DNA from: an uncultured Candidatus Binatia bacterium
GTDB taxonomy: Bacteria; Desulfobacterota; Binatia; UBA9968; CAXXLF01
NCBI GenBank assembly: GCA_965218425.1
Contig: OZ244621.1
Span: 4,128,001-4,192,000, forward strand
Direction of reading: 5' to 3'
Length of the DNA stretch: 64,000 nucleotides
Position numbers and translations under genes: made by a program. The notes beneath the pieces were generated by a model. That model worked only from the letters and a program-made list of their open reading frames with translations. It was not told the origin of the DNA and searched no databases. This document shows positions 30,504 through 40,136 of this stretch, one piece after another (the stretch's first letter is position 1; each line of letters opens with the position of its first letter).

Positions 30504-30638
30504 ATGGAATGTACCCGGCAAGGCTGCAATAGCGAGGCCATAGCTGGGAGCAATTACTATAAGGCGCATTTCGATCTGAACAAGGCAAACGTCGACAAGG
30601 AGGAAGGTAGCGGTGAGGGTGGAGAGGGAGGTGAATAG
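30504..30638 (+). CDS. Small hypothetical protein (44 aa)
   Basis: Strong RBS AGGAGGAG; MECTRQGCNSEAIAGSNYYKAH plus an acidic Gly-rich tail. Confidence 0.4.
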   Translation: MECTRQGCNSEAIAGSNYYKAHFDLNKANVDKEEGSGEGGEGGE

Positions 30639-30771
30639 GACGCGGTTGAGGAGTCGCCGACTGTTTTTCTTGACTCTTGCCCTCTTACTTTTAAATTTTT
30701 ACTTGTTCCCGCCTTGTGCCATGCTGTTCCCTCCTCGCCGCCCGCCTACAGCTTAATTCCCAACCAAATCC

Positions 30772-32691
30772 ATGGCTCTTGTAAGCTTTGAGGACGTATC
30801 CCTCGAGTTTGGTGATCAGCCTTTGCTAGTTCGGGCACAGTTCGGCATCGAACCGGGTGAAAGGGTGTGCCTGATCGGTCGCAACGGCACCGGCAAAACT
30901 TCCATGCTAAGACTGATCACCGGCGAATACCAGCCGGACCGAGGCGAGATCAGGTATCAAACTCACATACGTGTCAGCCAACTGGAACAGGCGCTCCCAA
31001 AGGAACTGGATGAGACGGTGCAGGATTACGTGGCCTCGGGTCTCACCACGCTTCAGAATTTGCTGGATGAGTACCAACATCGATTGAGACAACATTTGGA
31101 TCGGACGGGCCTGCAAGAGCTCGATGCCTTGCATCGCCGGATCGAATCCGAAGGAGGCTGGCATCTTGATCGGATGGTCGAAACCATGCTGACGGATCTC
31201 AATCTCCCCAGCGGTCAGAGACTCAGGGAGCTATCCGGCGGTTGGCGTCGCCGTGTGGCGCTGGCCAAAGCCCTGATCAGCCATCCGGACCTGTTGCTGT
31301 TGGACGAACCCACCAATCATCTCGATTTGAGTACCATCCAGTGGCTGGAGAACAAGGTCTACAGTTTCCCGGGCAGCGTGATGTTCATCACCCATGACCG
31401 CGCCTTCATACAGCGGCTGGCCACACGCATCGTCGAGCTGGATCGCGGCCGACTGACCAGCTGGCCCGGAGACTATGCAAACTATCTGGAGCGTAAAGCA
31501 AAGACGCTGGCAGATGAGGCCCGCCACAATGACCTCTTCGATAAGAGGCTCGCACAGGAGGAGGCCTGGATACGGCGTGGGATCAAGGCACGGCGCACCC
31601 GCAATGAAGGCCGCGTACGCGCACTCGAGTCCATGCGTGAGGAATACGCCCAACGGATCAAGCCTCAGAGCAAGGCGCGCATGTACGTGGACGACGCGGA
31701 ACAGTCGGGACGGAAGGCGATTGAATTACGTAACATCACCCACGGCTACAGAAATGAACCCTTGATCCAAGGTCTATCCCTCAAAGTCATGCGCGGGGAC
31801 CGCATCGGACTGCTGGGCAACAATGGCGTCGGCAAGAGCACATTGCTCCGCATCATGCTGGGTGAGTTGACCCCAAAAGAAGGCACGGTAGAGTTGGGCG
31901 CCAATCTGGAGATCGGATACTTTGACCAGCTGCGCGCGCGATTGGATCCCCACAAAACTGTCGCTCAGACCGTCGGCGATGGACAAGAGTACATCAAAGT
32001 TAACGGCAAGGACCAGCACATCATCGGCTACCTGAGGGGATTTCTGTTCAGCCACAAGCGGACCACCACTCCTGTGGGGGGATTGTCGGGCGGCGAGTGC
32101 AACCGTATCGTGTTGGCCAAACTCTTCACTCGACCTACTAACTTGCTGGTACTGGACGAACCTACCACCGACCTGGACATTGAGACTCTCGAAGTGCTCG
32201 AGGAGCGATTATACGGATACAAAGGTACGTTGATTGTCGTCAGTCACGACCGTAGTTTTCTCGACAATATTGTGACAAACACTCTCGTGTTCGAAGACAC
32301 TGGAAAGGTCCAGCCCTACGTAGGCGGATACAGTGATTGGCTGAGACGCGGCGGATCTCTCACTGAAAAAGACAACCCCACGCAGGTCAAGCGTCGTTCC
32401 GATTCCCCAAGGACCGATCCACAGGATGGCAAGGGAGGTCAGCGAAAAAAACTCAGCTACAGACTGAAGATCGAACTGGAGCAACTGCCTGACAGGATAG
32501 ACGCCCTGGAAAAAGAAGTGGCTGAGTTAGAAGAGCGAACAACTCGTCCCGACTTCTATACTAATTCGTTTGAAAAAGTCCGACCTATCCTCGACCGGTT
32601 GACGGCGAAAAAAGGTGAACTTGAGCGGGCCATGGAGCGCTGGTCGGAATTGGAGGCCATGCAGCAGGAGTTGGGGGCTCAACCGGAGTAA
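30772..32691 (+). CDS. uup: ABC-F ATPase, Uup type
   Basis: Two ABC domains (GRNGTGKT, LSGG, LDEPT), WIRRGIKARRTRNEGRVRAL linker, KKLSY C-terminal coiled coil. Confidence 0.9.
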   Translation: MALVSFEDVSLEFGDQPLLVRAQFGIEPGERVCLIGRNGTGKTSMLRLITGEYQPDRGEIRYQTHIRVSQLEQALPKELDETVQDYVASGLTTLQNLLDEYQHRLRQHLDRTGLQELDALHRRIESEGGWHLDRMVETMLTDLNLPSGQRLRELSGGWRRRVALAKALISHPDLLLLDEPTNHLDLSTIQWLENKVYSFPGSVMFITHDRAFIQRLATRIVELDRGRLTSWPGDYANYLERKAKTLADEARHNDLFDKRLAQEEAWIRRGIKARRTRNEGRVRALESMREEYAQRIKPQSKARMYVDDAEQSGRKAIELRNITHGYRNEPLIQGLSLKVMRGDRIGLLGNNGVGKSTLLRIMLGELTPKEGTVELGANLEIGYFDQLRARLDPHKTVAQTVGDGQEYIKVNGKDQHIIGYLRGFLFSHKRTTTPVGGLSGGECNRIVLAKLFTRPTNLLVLDEPTTDLDIETLEVLEERLYGYKGTLIVVSHDRSFLDNIVTNTLVFEDTGKVQPYVGGYSDWLRRGGSLTEKDNPTQVKRRSDSPRTDPQDGKGGQRKKLSYRLKIELEQLPDRIDALEKEVAELEERTTRPDFYTNSFEKVRPILDRLTAKKGELERAMERWSELEAMQQELGAQPE

Positions 32692-32694
32692 TTT

Positions 32695-32790
32695 TCCCCA
32701 CTAACACTTGCTCTCCTCGCCTAACACTTAACACCGCTCCTTCTCTCCCCTACCCCGAATACCCTATTCCCTATCGCTGGTCTTATCGCT
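32695..32790 (+). repeat. Intergenic heptamer tract (taacact / ccctatt modules)
   Basis: cctaacacttaacacc...taccctattccctatcgct; a similar copy lies at 43355-43414. Confidence 0.7.
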
Positions 32791-32819
32791 TTCTATAGAT
32801 TTTCGCCCGCGAATTTGCC

Positions 32820-32848
32820 TTGACAGTCACCTAAAATTCCAATAAAGG
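32820..32848 (+). promoter_or_regulatory. sigma70-like promoter upstream of the long leader of the family 5 SBP
   Basis: TTGACA-N17-TAAAGG. Confidence 0.45.
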
Positions 32849-32994
32849 CATTACCCTGATCTAGCTGCCGGGCCTCGCTCCATTGTTAAAGCTACCTGCG
32901 CCATTGGGAGGCCCAAACACAGGGTCGCGGAGCGGCCCTTGGAGGGGAGCAATGAACGGATACGATTCAAGCCAGGGCTCTGGTTTATTTTATT

Positions 32995-33016
32995 GCCAGG
33001 GTGTGCTGGCTTTTTT
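32995..33016 (+). terminator. Possible intrinsic terminator/attenuator in leader
   Basis: GCCAG-ggtgtg-CTGGC followed by TTTTTT, 45 nt before the start codon. Confidence 0.4.
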
Positions 33017-33061
33017 ATTGCCTTTGAATCAAACGGTATAGAAAAAGGGAGGTAACAGGCT

Positions 33062-34615
33062 ATGAAGCGATTTTTCACGTACATTTCCATGGTAGGTTTA
33101 TTGATTGGCCTCACATACGTGTCGGCAAGGGCAGCGGATGAGCCCAAGCGCGGGGGCACTCTCACCATGGCCATCAGCAATAAGATGAAGATGATGAATC
33201 CTCTGGTAAGAACCAGTTCGGTGGAAAAGAGAATCCGCGATTTGATGTTCGAGTCGCTTCTGGTACTGGATTCAAAGGGCAAGGTACAGCCCAATCTGGC
33301 CGAGTCCTGGCAGATCTCCCAGGACGGCAAGACCTATACCTTTAGGCTCCGCAGGGGCGTGAAGTTTCACAACGGACAAGAAATGACGGCGGAAGACGCC
33401 AAATTCGCCATGGATTACACGATGAACCCCAAAAACGGTGCTTATGGGATTAAGGATCTAAACCAGGTGGAAGGGGTCGAAGCAGTGGACCGATATACCT
33501 TGAAGGTGTATTTAAAGAGGCCCACCCCGGTATTTCCCATCCTTCTGTCAGAGATTAGGTCCTTCTCGGTTATTCCCAAAGGATCGTTGGAGGAGAGCGT
33601 GAGGAAGCCTGTCACATTCCCACCGGGGACGGGACCTTTTAAGTTCGTGGAGTGGAAACCAGGACGTCAAATCGTTTTCGACCGGTTCGACGATTACTGG
33701 GGCCACAAGGCTTACGTGGATCGGGTCATTCTGAAGGTGATCGGAAATTCCACCGTGCGCTTCACTGCACTTCGGGCCGGGGATGTGGACGTCATCGTAC
33801 GTGTTCCCCATGAATGGATCAATACGGTGGAGCAAGGTAAAATCAAAGGGATTGGCTTCGCGGGGTCCTTTCCCGGGAATGCCAACAATATTGAGTTCAA
33901 CGTAGCGGATCCCCCTTTTAACAATAAAAAACTGCGCTTGGCCGTTGCCCATGCCCTGAATCGAAAAGAGATACTTCAAGGTGCATATTTTGGTATGGGT
34001 TCGATTGCGCGCCAGCGTTTTCCAAAAGATCACTACTGGTACTTTGAGGAGGCGCCTATCCCTTCCTACGACCTTGCCAAGGCTCGGGCGTTGGTAAAGG
34101 AATCCGGTTACAAAGGAGAAGAGGTTGATCTTATGATCAGTCGAGGTAACCCGGGGTATGAGGCCGAGGCCACCATCATTCAATCACAGCTGAAGAAGAT
34201 CGGCGTAAAGATGAAAATAACCCCATTGGAAAGAGCGTCCGCCCTGGATTACCGGCGCAAAGGCAAATTTCACTTCAAGCTGAGTGGTGGCAGCGCCTAT
34301 GCAGACCCCATACAGGCTTACAACGAGTACGAGTGCGAAGATCTCAGAAAGCGGCGGTCCAATGAGGCGGGTTACTGTGACAAAGAGTTTGATCGACTGC
34401 TGGCGAAAGCGGAGACGGAGCGGGATCCTGCCAAGAGGAGGGAATTGTTCAAGAAGCTGGTTCAGATGCTTAACAAAGAGATACCTCTTCTCCCCATTTT
34501 ATTCGCTACAAGGCATTTTGCATTTCGAGATTATGTGAAAGGCTTCACCACCGATGAAAACGCTCATTACCGTCACTATGGTGGAGGGTTGAACTACACC
34601 TGGATCGACAAGTAA
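33062..34615 (+). CDS. ABC solute-binding protein family 5 (peptide/nickel)
   Basis: PNLAESW.IS.DGKTYTFRLRRGVKFHNG, GTGPFKF, LRLAVAHALNR. Confidence 0.92.
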   Translation: MKRFFTYISMVGLLIGLTYVSARAADEPKRGGTLTMAISNKMKMMNPLVRTSSVEKRIRDLMFESLLVLDSKGKVQPNLAESWQISQDGKTYTFRLRRGVKFHNGQEMTAEDAKFAMDYTMNPKNGAYGIKDLNQVEGVEAVDRYTLKVYLKRPTPVFPILLSEIRSFSVIPKGSLEESVRKPVTFPPGTGPFKFVEWKPGRQIVFDRFDDYWGHKAYVDRVILKVIGNSTVRFTALRAGDVDVIVRVPHEWINTVEQGKIKGIGFAGSFPGNANNIEFNVADPPFNNKKLRLAVAHALNRKEILQGAYFGMGSIARQRFPKDHYWYFEEAPIPSYDLAKARALVKESGYKGEEVDLMISRGNPGYEAEATIIQSQLKKIGVKMKITPLERASALDYRRKGKFHFKLSGGSAYADPIQAYNEYECEDLRKRRSNEAGYCDKEFDRLLAKAETERDPAKRRELFKKLVQMLNKEIPLLPILFATRHFAFRDYVKGFTTDENAHYRHYGGGLNYTWIDK

Positions 34616-34767
34616 CCTGACAAATTAGAACGTAACATCTTCAAGTGCCCCCCATGGCAAAAGCGACAAACAAGACCCAGGAGAGCGAAAAGGCGTTGGA
34701 ACCTTTTCGCTCTCCTGGGAAAATCGTCGTTAGATCCTCAATCGTAACAAAGAAGGAGCGACGGTTT

Positions 34768-34974
34768 ATGAATAACCCAACTATTCGTCGTCTTATGGCA
34801 ATCCTAAAATCGATTCCTCTATTGGCACGAAGCTGGAAGGTGCGGGAAAGTGAATTCATGCGGCGAAACCCAGAGACCGCGTGCTCCATGGAAGCTTTCC
34901 TGCAGCTGAAGCCCAGGTATAGGGAGGACTGGTTTAGATTGGAGACGAGATGGATGGGCGGAGAAATGGACTGA
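34768..34974 (+). CDS. Small hypothetical protein
   Basis: AAGGAG RBS before ATG 34768; 68 aa; no family recognised. Confidence 0.35.
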   Translation: MNNPTIRRLMAILKSIPLLARSWKVRESEFMRRNPETACSMEAFLQLKPRYREDWFRLETRWMGGEMD

Positions 34975-35219
34975 AAGGACCTTTGACGATCACGTTGCCG
35001 GTTCGGCAGCGCATTAAATGGCATCTCCTCCCCGCTAATAGAGCCCGTCGAAACACGTTCCATTCACCCGTCGATTCCAAGTTCATGTTTTGCACCATGG
35101 CGAACAGATTCAACATAAAGTTCTCAAATTGATTCTCACGAAACGCTTCCTCTGAAGAGAGAATTACCAATTTTCGAACAGTTAGTATCTGTGTAATTTT
35201 TGCTCGTCATTAACGTATT

Positions 35220-35628
35220 ATGAAAAAGAAAATACTCATTGTCGGAGACGACCTGGCCCTCTCCCACGTCCTGGATATGCCCATCAAGAATTCCTATGAA
35301 ATTGTCCCGGCGAAAAACGGCAAAGAGGGTGTGGACATGGCCGCCTCGCAACTTCCAGATTTGATCCTCGTGGACATCAGGATGCCCGTGATGGACGGGT
35401 TACAAGCGCTCACATTATTCAAAGAGGATGACCTAACTGCGGCGATTCCTGTAATCTTCCGGTCGGGCAAAGTCGAGTCACGATATACCACAGGGTTTCA
35501 GAATGGGTGCGGGCCACTATATCACGAAGCCATTTACCAGCACTGAACTGCTAAGTGGAATCGATCTATTCCTGGCAGAAGACGAACCCATGGAATCGTC
35601 GATCCCGCATCATTTATTATCCGCCTAA
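35220..35628 (+). pseudogene. Single-domain response regulator, frameshifted
   Basis: MKKKILIVGDD...PDLILVDIRMPVMDG...IPVIF, then in a shifted frame GFRMGAGHYITKPFTSTELLSGIDLFL. Paralogue of 1545..1930. Confidence 0.78.
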
Positions 35629-35629
35629 C

Positions 35630-35800
35630 TCAACTCTCTCTACTCCCGATTTTACTTACCGTGCTAGCCTTTTCGCCTTTCGCTTTGCTCTCCGCTTCCT
35701 AGCAGTATGTAATCCTGGAGCAATTGATCTCTGACTTGCTGCCTTCCGCTCACTGTCTGCTGTCTTTCTCCCCCTGCCCCGTGCGCTATGCGCCTCGCCG
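35630..35800 (+). repeat. Intergenic heptamer tract
   Basis: ttttcgccttt cgctttgc / ctgccttccgctcactgtctgctgtctttc / gccccgtgcgctatgcgc. Confidence 0.6.
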
Positions 35801-35806
35801 CGATCA

Positions 35807-36370
35807 TCAGGCTTCACCACTCTGGGGTACGAATTTTAGTACCACACCGTTGTTGCACCAACGGTCCCCCGTGGGCCGCGGTCCGTCACCGAAAATATGG
35901 CCGTGGTGGCCGCCGCAGCGTATGCAATGGTATTCGGTACGAGGCCAGATAAGCTTGTAATCCGTGCTAGTGCCGAAGACACCGGGTATGGTGGTAAAGA
36001 AACTAGGCCAACCTGTGCCACTGTCATATTTCATCTTGGAGGTAAAAAGCGGCAAATCGCACCCTGCGCATGCGTAAATTCCGGGGCGCTTTTCATCGTT
36101 CAGGGCACTCGACCAGGGACGTTCTGTCCCCTCCTCACGCAGAATATAAAATTGGGTTGGGTCAAGGCGCTCACGCCACCGCTCCTTTGACAACTGGAGC
36201 GGTTCGGATGCCAGCGGAACCTTTACATCTTTTCCAAGAAATTTCTTCCAATTCTTCTGGAGCTCTTCAATCCCATTCATTGAAGAAGGTGGAGCTGCAA
36301 CCCCCCGGCCCCAAATGCCACTCCAGATACCCAACGCAAGCAACCCACGCAAAAATCCACGTCGTGTCAT
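35807..36370 (-). CDS. msrB: Peptide-methionine (R)-S-oxide reductase with Tat signal
   Basis: TRRGFL Tat motif; GTERP, CAGC, KYDSGTGWPSF, CIRCGGHHGHIFGDGP.PTG.RWCNNG. Confidence 0.92.
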   Translation of the reverse strand: MTRRGFLRGLLALGIWSGIWGRGVAAPPSSMNGIEELQKNWKKFLGKDVKVPLASEPLQLSKERWRERLDPTQFYILREEGTERPWSSALNDEKRPGIYACAGCDLPLFTSKMKYDSGTGWPSFFTTIPGVFGTSTDYKLIWPRTEYHCIRCGGHHGHIFGDGPRPTGDRWCNNGVVLKFVPQSGEA

Positions 36371-36489
36371 CAGCAGTCTCCTTTCCTTTTCGTAACATTC
36401 ACTGGCCTTCCAGGGACCATAGTATCAAACCAGATTGGCATATGATACATAGCCAGTTTCCCTTTTTCCAAAGCCGCATTTCGCACGGT

Positions 36490-36676
36490 CCTCTGCCTGC
36501 TGTCTTTCCTGGACTACGCTTTTGCCTTTTTGTTCTTACCCTGCTCCCGTCAATTTTCTATCCTCCATCCTGAACCCCAACTGGCTGAGAGCTAAAAGCT
36601 GACGGCTGATAGCGATCCTCACTCAGCACTCGTTACTCAGCTTTGAACTGCCGCTTTCTGCCCACTGCCTGCTGTC
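36490..36676 (+). repeat. Intergenic heptamer tract overlapping an amidohydrolase 3' end
   Basis: 36583-36638 matches 44707-44762 at 45/56 positions without gaps. Confidence 0.8.
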
Positions 36677-37767
36677 TCAGTGATCAGTGTACCCGCCCCC
36701 CCCAGAAACTCCAAGGCATTTTTATAAGCAATCATCTCCTTTGTTTCCTGGCTCAGGTCTTCCCTTTCGAGGAGCAGGTCGATATGCGTCCGTTTAAGCA
36801 TCCCCACCTTGTCAGGGTCATGACCCCTGCCCGTGATGTCGCCGTGGGGATAGTCGGTTCCAAGCATGAGGTTCTTGGGCGGGATCCGTTGGCATAGGTG
36901 ACCAAGAGAAGCTTCGGTGGGATCAACCGTAACGTAAATATTCGAAAGCAAATATTCGGTGGGATGTTTTTGAGCCACCTTCCGCGAGTTGGGGTCCATA
37001 TCATAGGTTAGCGCCAAACGATCCCACATCCACAAAAGCCACGTGGCGCCCGCCTCCCCCAGACAGAACCTTAGATTGGGAAAGGTATCAAAAACGCCAC
37101 TGTAAATTAGCGAGCAAGTGATGGTCAGGTAGTCCGCGAGGGTGGCGACGAAAAAGCCCCAACCTATACCCATACGTTTTGGGTCGGCAACGGTGCCCCA
37201 GTCTCTGCTGTTGGCATGGACACTGATGGGGATGTTGTGCTCGTTGGCGAAGTCATACAGGGGCCAAAAGTACTGGTCATCGAAGTTCTTTCCTCCTTGT
37301 GCCGCCTTCATGAAAAAGGTTTGGAACCCCGCATCCACGGCTCGTTTAGCTTCCTCAAGAGAGGCCTTGATATTCTGCGTGGGAATCACGGCGCTGCCGA
37401 TAAACCGGTCAGGATGGACCCTGATGACATTGCCGATGGCCAGGTTTGCGGACTGGCACATAGCGGCTGCCAGCCGGGGCTCGGTTTCGTAGGCGTACTG
37501 GCCAAACTCAGGATTGAGCAACTGGCTCTCGATGCCTAGAGCATCCATGTCCTTGAGCCGGATCTCCGGGTCGAAGTCCCCCTTGATGCGCACCCGGGGG
37601 AGCAGTGTCCCGCTTCGCCGTGGCGGCTCGGGTAAGTTTGGCGCCACCAGTGCCACGCGTCCCTTTCCCTGGGGAAGCCACGCCGGCGCGAGGTGTCTGA
37701 ATTCATCCGGCATATGATCGAACTCGTCAATGGGTGCGAAATGCGAGTCCATATCGATGAGGCGCAT
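36637..37767 (-). CDS. Amidohydrolase_2 family
   Basis: IDMDSH, ISVH, GEAG, GTDYPHGD. Confidence 0.88.
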   Translation of the reverse strand: MRLIDMDSHFAPIDEFDHMPDEFRHLAPAWLPQGKGRVALVAPNLPEPPRRSGTLLPRVRIKGDFDPEIRLKDMDALGIESQLLNPEFGQYAYETEPRLAAAMCQSANLAIGNVIRVHPDRFIGSAVIPTQNIKASLEEAKRAVDAGFQTFFMKAAQGGKNFDDQYFWPLYDFANEHNIPISVHANSRDWGTVADPKRMGIGWGFFVATLADYLTITCSLIYSGVFDTFPNLRFCLGEAGATWLLWMWDRLALTYDMDPNSRKVAQKHPTEYLLSNIYVTVDPTEASLGHLCQRIPPKNLMLGTDYPHGDITGRGHDPDKVGMLKRTHIDLLLEREDLSQETKEMIAYKNALEFLGGAGTLITETAGSGQKAAVQS

Positions 37768-38070
37768 GGATATACCCTCCCTTTTGATAACCGCTCGATG
37801 GCGGAAGCGGTCGAGCGAGAACGCTTCCTGGCCGGGATCAGAACCGAATCATCTTATGCCGATTTATCCCGGCTTGTCAATTTCCAGAGCTAGTGCCCAG
37901 GTCACTTATGAAATTACAAATCTGTACGCACAATTTACGTGGATGCCGATGGGGGGCATTTTGACAATTATTTGCCCTGAAGGAATTGCCCCTTAGATTC
38001 CTGGGCAGGAAAATTTCTTTGGAGTCCAAACAGTTATAGTCCGGCACTGCTCTTGCAAACCTATGATTCG

Positions 38071-38135
38071 AGGGAGGAAAAATAACGAAAAAAAGATTCT
38101 CATAGTGCAAGACAACACGGACCTACCCCAAACGG
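38071..38135 (+). pseudogene. Receiver-domain N-terminal remnant
   Basis: RBS GGGAGG, then ACG in place of ATG, then KKILIVQDNTDL, matching the starts of the two other receiver genes. Confidence 0.45.
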
Positions 38136-38238
38136 CTTTCAGAAACCCTTTAGCGGTTTATGCCGTCTCTGATCCCTTTTCTTATTCGCATTGCCCTCCG
38201 ATGCAATTTTCCGTCCGTCTGCCGTCAATTCTCTATCT

Positions 38239-39507
38239 TCAATCCTCTATTTTTTCATCGTCGTTCTGCCCGACTCCTTTCTCATTACCCGGCACCTGAT
38301 GGTAACGCTCGTTCCGTAGTGACTTGAGAAAGGAAAGAAATATTGCCGTGGTGAAAATCAAAGAGACCACAGAGGTAAGAGCCAGGCCAAGAGCGATACC
38401 AAAGAGAGCGATGAAGGCACCAATTGCCATGGACCCAACCGAGCGCATTCCCTGATCCATTTGAAAAACACTCATGACCCTCCCCAAGAAACCATAGGGG
38501 ACCCGCATCTGAATAATCACCCGGCTGATGGTTCGATAAGCGACTCCACTGGCACCCACTAGAGTCAAAAGCACGATGGAGAACAATAGGCTATTGGACA
38601 GGCTAAAAAGCAGGAGGAATACAGGCGTGCTTGTAGCAGCTATAAAAATCAACGTCTCCTTGTTCCACTTTTCCACCATGGGTGTGAGAAAACTTAGGGA
38701 AAGAATACCTCCAAGCCCCTGTGCTGCCATCAGCAACCCTAAGCCCCCAGGTCCCACATTCAGCACTTCCTTGGCATAGACCGGAAGAAATCTGTGATAG
38801 GTGCCCACAAAAACGCTTAAAATATATGCCGCGCCGATACTCACCAATATCACAGGCTCATGCCAGATATAACGGAACCCATCACTCACTTCTCGTAAAT
38901 AATTGTCCCGCCCACGGCGCAACTCATTTTTAGGTAAATGCATCAAGAGAAATCCCACTCCGGAAATCACCAAAAATACGGTATAGAACAGGAAACATCC
39001 CCCCGCACCGATCCACAGGATCATGGCCCCACCTAGAGAAGGACCTAAGACACGGGCGATATTGAATTCGATCGAAAATAGGGCCACCCCACTCACGAGA
39101 TCCTCCTTGGGGACCAGCTCACGAACGATCGAATGAGCGGTGGGAGGGTTAAGGACCCTGGTCACAGAATGGACAATCTGCAAAGTCAGGATATGCCAAA
39201 ACTCTAGCACCCCTGCGAAGTACAGAAGCGTTAAAATAAAAATAGGAATGGCAGCAAAAAACTGAACCAGTATCAGTATATGCTGACGGTTGTGGCGATC
39301 AACGAGGACGCCAATAAACGGGGTAAAGATTAGGCTAGGAGCCGCCTCGAATAACCCCAGGAGACCCAGTGCCATGGCGGACCCGGTAATTTCGTAAGCG
39401 AGCCAATAGACTGCAATCTCCTGAACAAAATGTCCTATGGAGGCGATAAAATCGCTGGTGCAAAAGAGAACGTAATTTTTATGCAGCAGGGCTCGATAGG
39501 TGCGAAT
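38239..39507 (-). CDS. MFS transporter (DHA3/EntS-like), apparent ATT start
   Basis: Frame stays open 44 codons upstream of ATG 39375, giving IRTYRALLHKNYVLF...WLAYEITGSAMALGL, which aligns with the N-terminus of MFS 54925. Confidence 0.85.
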   Translation of the reverse strand: MRTYRALLHKNYVLFCTSDFIASIGHFVQEIAVYWLAYEITGSAMALGLLGLFEAAPSLIFTPFIGVLVDRHNRQHILILVQFFAAIPIFILTLLYFAGVLEFWHILTLQIVHSVTRVLNPPTAHSIVRELVPKEDLVSGVALFSIEFNIARVLGPSLGGAMILWIGAGGCFLFYTVFLVISGVGFLLMHLPKNELRRGRDNYLREVSDGFRYIWHEPVILVSIGAAYILSVFVGTYHRFLPVYAKEVLNVGPGGLGLLMAAQGLGGILSLSFLTPMVEKWNKETLIFIAATSTPVFLLLFSLSNSLLFSIVLLTLVGASGVAYRTISRVIIQMRVPYGFLGRVMSVFQMDQGMRSVGSMAIGAFIALFGIALGLALTSVVSLIFTTAIFLSFLKSLRNERYHQVPGNEKGVGQNDDEKIED

Positions 39508-39587
39508 TGAGTGATTCCCCTTTCCGGACCGGCGGACAGATCAGGGATCGAATTTCTCTTTTCAAAGCCCCTAGGAAATAGGGTTGA

Positions 39588-40075
39588 CTAGGCGGAATCT
39601 CTGCGAGCCTTGCGACCCTTCCTCGACTTGGCACGCGCCAACATTAACATGATCAGTTCCAGGCGGCCATCGTCGGAATAACTGAAGTGCACGCGGTGGC
39701 GCAGCCAATCGTAGCGATCCCATCCTCTGGAGTCCCCCCGTGCCCCCGGTGTGGGACCCCAGAGGAACTGGGCTTATCCAGTGCCCCACGAATCCTCTGA
39801 GGAGGGTCCCCGAAACTAATTCCCTTGGGAAGTTTGCTGGCAAACTGCGCGTAGCCGTTTTTCCCAAAGCGATTGAGAAAGATCGTCTCCACGACACGTT
39901 CCGGCCCGTATTTGACCTCAAATCCGCGACTGCGAGACATCAGATACCGCCGGTTAACAAAGGGCCATTCTTCGGGCTTGCAGCCCGCGCAGAGGGACGC
40001 CACGGGCTCGTCGTCGATTGTGAGCCCCAGGTACGCGGTCATCTCATCCATGCTGGGTATGCGCTTTTTCGCCAT
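39588..40075 (-). pseudogene. Hypothetical (immunity-protein-like) gene with a one-base frameshift
   Basis: LPKGISFGD....IRGALDKPSSSG continues, after a shift in the G runs near 39734-39750, as GWDRYDWLRHRVHFSYSDDGRLELIMLM. Confidence 0.5.
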
Positions 40076-40136
40076 AACAATCAGGTTCTGTGCCACTTAG
40101 CGAATCTTGCGGATTACGCTTAGGGCTTTGCGGCTA

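Noticed and set aside
32860..32950. HDV-like ribozyme or known riboswitch in the SBP leader
   Set aside because: The P2/P3/P1.1 elements and known aptamer consensus sequences could not be matched; kept only as an unclassified leader.
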